From assembly GCA_034211275.1 (NCBI GenBank), contig JAXHTF010000010.1:6808-70807 (forward strand): DNA of 64,000 nt. The letters are read 5' to 3'. A program made the position numbers and the translations under genes. The DNA comes from Acidobacteriota bacterium. Its GTDB lineage: Bacteria > Acidobacteriota > Thermoanaerobaculia > Multivoradales > JAHZIX01. Shown piece by piece: positions 56,989-64,000 of the stretch; the first letter of the stretch is position 1; each line of letters begins with the position of its first letter. The notes beneath the pieces were generated by a model, which saw only the letters and a list, made by a program, of their open reading frames with translations, did not search any database and was not told the DNA's origin.

Positions 56989-57560
56989 CTGTTTCGGCCC
57001 CACCGCGGCCGACTTCTCAGCGAGCTTTCTGTACCCGCACTTTGGGCGATTCCTGCTCTTCCATTGCTCGCTCCGATACCTCTCCGCCAAGAATCCGATC
57101 TCCCGGCCTGTTCCCTTTGCCCTCGGTCGTCCGCATCGCCTCCCTCGTTACTTGGTAAAAGGCGCCAATTTCTTCCAGCGAAGATCTCCCGCCGGCAGCA
57201 CTTTGTTGATACGGTTATCAACTATCCCGCGAGAGGGCAGATCAAAAATAGCCAAGACGGGGCTGGACTGGGCGCTTTAAGCTGTGGCAGCATAGAGCCC
57301 TCCCGCAAGCGGCGACGAGCTTCGGTTCGTCAGAAAGCCCAGGAGCCCCCTAGGTCAGGCTTTGCAGAGGGGGTTCCGCCCCTTCGCGAGATTCCGGGCC
57401 CCGCTTGCGTGAATCGGTCGATTTTGCTATAAAAGCATCTCGACTCTTGAAGAGCCTACTGTCCGCTGTAGCCATCATGATGCCGAGCGTCATGTCGCCT
57501 TCTTTTCATCGTCTCTTCTCGATCTGCTCGCGTTTTCGATCCACAGGAGCCAAGTTGGTT

Positions 57561-62324
<4,764 letters not shown>

Positions 62325-62367
62325 CGTTGGTGCCGGCCGGGGCCCTGCGGGGCCTGTGAATCCAAGC

Positions 62368-62399
62368 GAAGGCCGCCGGTCTACCTGCCGGCGGCCTTC
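62368..62399 (+). terminator. perfect 12-bp stem hairpin (GAAGGCCGCCGG-n8-CCGGCGGCCTTC) downstream of the giant gene, without a clear U-tract
   Basis: Inverted repeat read directly from the sequence 44 nt after the stop at 62324. Confidence 0.4.
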
Positions 62400-62444
62400 C
62401 GCTCGTCTGAACGGATTCGGCCAAAAGGGCTAGAATAAGAGCTC

Positions 62445-63761
62445 ATGAAACAAGTTGTGGTCGAAGCCAGCGGGCTCAGCAAGACCTACCGTGTCTACCA
62501 GCGGCCGTGGGATCGCCTGGTGGAAGCCTTGTTGCGCCGACCCCGTCACAAAGAGTTCCGCTCTCTCCAAGACATCGACTTGCAGCTGGCAGCGGGAGAC
62601 TCGCTGGGCATCATCGGCGAGAACGGCGCCGGCAAGAGCACCTTGCTCAAGATTCTCGCCGGAGTCGCCGCTCCCACCAACGGCGATGTCCAGGTACAGG
62701 GCAAGGTCGCCTCGATCCTGGAGCTGGCCTCCGGCTTCCACCCGGAATTCACCGGCCGCCAGAACATTCAGCTCAACGCTGCCATGCTGGGTCTGAGCCA
62801 GAAAGAGGTGGAGGCCAAGACTCCCAACATCATCGCCTTCAGCGAGCTCGGGGACTTCATCGACCAGCCCGTCAAGGTGTACTCCACCGGCATGGCGATG
62901 CGCCTGGGTTTTGCCATCGCGACCCAGGTGGAGCCGGACGTGCTGATCATCGACGAGGCCCTGTCGGTGGGGGACGGCTACTTCCAGAAGAAGTGCGTCG
63001 ATCGGCTGATGGAGTTCACCCGCGGCGGTGGCACCCTACTCTTCTGCTCCCATGCGATGTACTACGTCACTTCCTTCTGTCAGCGAGCCCTGTGGCTCAA
63101 GGACGGCAAGATCGCGGCCCTGGGGCCGGTGGAGGAGGTGGTGCGCAGATATGAGAACTTCCTCATGCGCAAGCAGCCGCAGGACCCGGTGGAGGTGGCC
63201 GAGCGGCCTGCTGGGCCGGCTCGCATCGTGGAAGCCAGGCTGCTCGATGACGGGCAGGCCGGCGGAACGGCGCCGGTCCTCTACCGGCATCTCCAGCCCC
63301 TGAGTTTGGAAGTGAGCTGGGAGACCACCGAGCCCCAGCGAGCCTTCCACCTGGGCGTGGGCATCGACCGCACTGACAGCGTACAGGTAGCCGCTCTCTC
63401 GACCTACCACGATGGATTGGAGCCTTTCCGGGGCCGCCATCGGTATTCTGTGCGGCTGGACATTCCGCAGCTTCCGATGCTCAAAGGGGAGTACTCCCTG
63501 TATGTCTTCCTGATGGACGAGGAGGCGCTTCACCCCTACGACTCCAAGGTCGTCCACGGCGCCTTCGAAGTGGCCACGGAGGGCTATCGCTTCGGCCTGA
63601 TCCACATCCCCCATCGCTGGCAAACCGAGGAGAGTTCGGGCTCCGTGGTGACGCTGTCCGCCCCTGTGGAAGCGCCTTCTGCGGAGACGGCCGCCTTCGA
63701 GGCCGGCTCCCTGGAAGCTGGCGGGGCGGCTCTCTCGGCGAGCTCAAGGAGTCGCTGGTAG
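62445..63761 (+). CDS. ABC transporter ATP-binding protein (Wzt/KpsT/TagH-like) with a C-terminal extension
   Basis: Walker A GENGAGKST, signature YSTGMAMRLGFA, Walker B VLIIDEAL, H-loop. A C-terminal ~190-aa extra domain as in Wzt-type O-antigen exporters. It is the partner of the permease at 49408..50199 despite 12 kb of separation. Confidence 0.8.
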   Translation: MKQVVVEASGLSKTYRVYQRPWDRLVEALLRRPRHKEFRSLQDIDLQLAAGDSLGIIGENGAGKSTLLKILAGVAAPTNGDVQVQGKVASILELASGFHPEFTGRQNIQLNAAMLGLSQKEVEAKTPNIIAFSELGDFIDQPVKVYSTGMAMRLGFAIATQVEPDVLIIDEALSVGDGYFQKKCVDRLMEFTRGGGTLLFCSHAMYYVTSFCQRALWLKDGKIAALGPVEEVVRRYENFLMRKQPQDPVEVAERPAGPARIVEARLLDDGQAGGTAPVLYRHLQPLSLEVSWETTEPQRAFHLGVGIDRTDSVQVAALSTYHDGLEPFRGRHRYSVRLDIPQLPMLKGEYSLYVFLMDEEALHPYDSKVVHGAFEVATEGYRFGLIHIPHRWQTEESSGSVVTLSAPVEAPSAETAAFEAGSLEAGGAALSASSRSRW

Positions 63762-63851
63762 GATGGCCAGCCGACGCTCTCCAGGAGAGCTTCCCGCTGG
63801 CCACTCCTTCGCCGGTCTTTCTCCGTCCAATCTTCGTTTCCGAGGTCCCTC

Positions 63852-64000
63852 ATGACGCCTACCGCATCTCTCCCCATCCTCGACCAGCCCGCCGCCGCGG
63901 CGAGTCCCGCCGCGCGCCTCAATCCTTTCCTCCACGTCGGGCCGGACCGGCTCTACAATCCGCTGACCGACCAAGCTCTGGTTCAGGGGGAGGAGCATTA
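63852..64000 (+). CDS. hypothetical protein, 3'-truncated at window edge
   Basis: ATG with a GAGG SD 6 nt upstream. High GC3 over 49 codons (MTPTASLPILDQPAAAASPAARLNPFLHVGPDRLYNPLTDQALVQGEEH). Open to the window end. Confidence 0.35.
   Translation, partial: MTPTASLPILDQPAAAASPAARLNPFLHVGPDRLYNPLTDQALVQGEEH

Overview
This is a high-GC (~68-70%) bacterial chromosomal window, densely coding on both strands, with no rRNA, tRNA, CRISPR array or classical insertion sequence detectable by eye. Its gene content resembles Myxococcota or another GC-rich Gram-negative lineage.

The left third holds housekeeping genes: pntA (3' end) and pntB, a GCS2-type carboxylate-amine ligase fused to CBS domains, fxsA, and gamma-glutamyltranspeptidase. 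Interspersed with these is an ECF-sigma operon whose sigma gene is translationally coupled (ATGA) to a TPR-CHAT protease lipoprotein, followed by an RskA-like anti-sigma and an S8 subtilase.

The middle holds a four-gene, ATGA-coupled envelope operon (GT-C glycosyltransferase, PHP-domain lipoprotein, arylsulfotransferase-like lipoprotein, GT-C glycosyltransferase). After it come a PilB-type ATPase and an Ig/cadherin-LamG secreted protein followed by a 1.7-kaa RHS/YD-repeat polymorphic toxin with no obvious immunity gene. Then come an ADP-heptose operon (hldA, hldC, heptosyltransferase), a second ECF sigma with a zinc-finger anti-sigma and a thioredoxin-like gene, a LytM/M23 protein and a GHMP kinase.

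The right third holds two structures with no assigned function. The first is a duplicated, inverted two-gene module (TPR-like cytoplasmic protein plus secreted repeat protein, twice) pivoting around an XRE regulator. The second is a Wzm/Wzt-type ABC exporter whose permease and ATPase genes are separated by about 12 kb. That 12-kb block carries two inverted paralogous giant LVIVD-propeller/PKD proteins, an FG-GAP propeller protein, and a strongly terminated, AT-rich-promoter gene for a candidate abundant surface protein. This last protein shares a domain with the C-terminal region of the larger giant.

The ORF track contains many long antisense or alternate-frame ORFs. These are high-GC artefacts and are not called.
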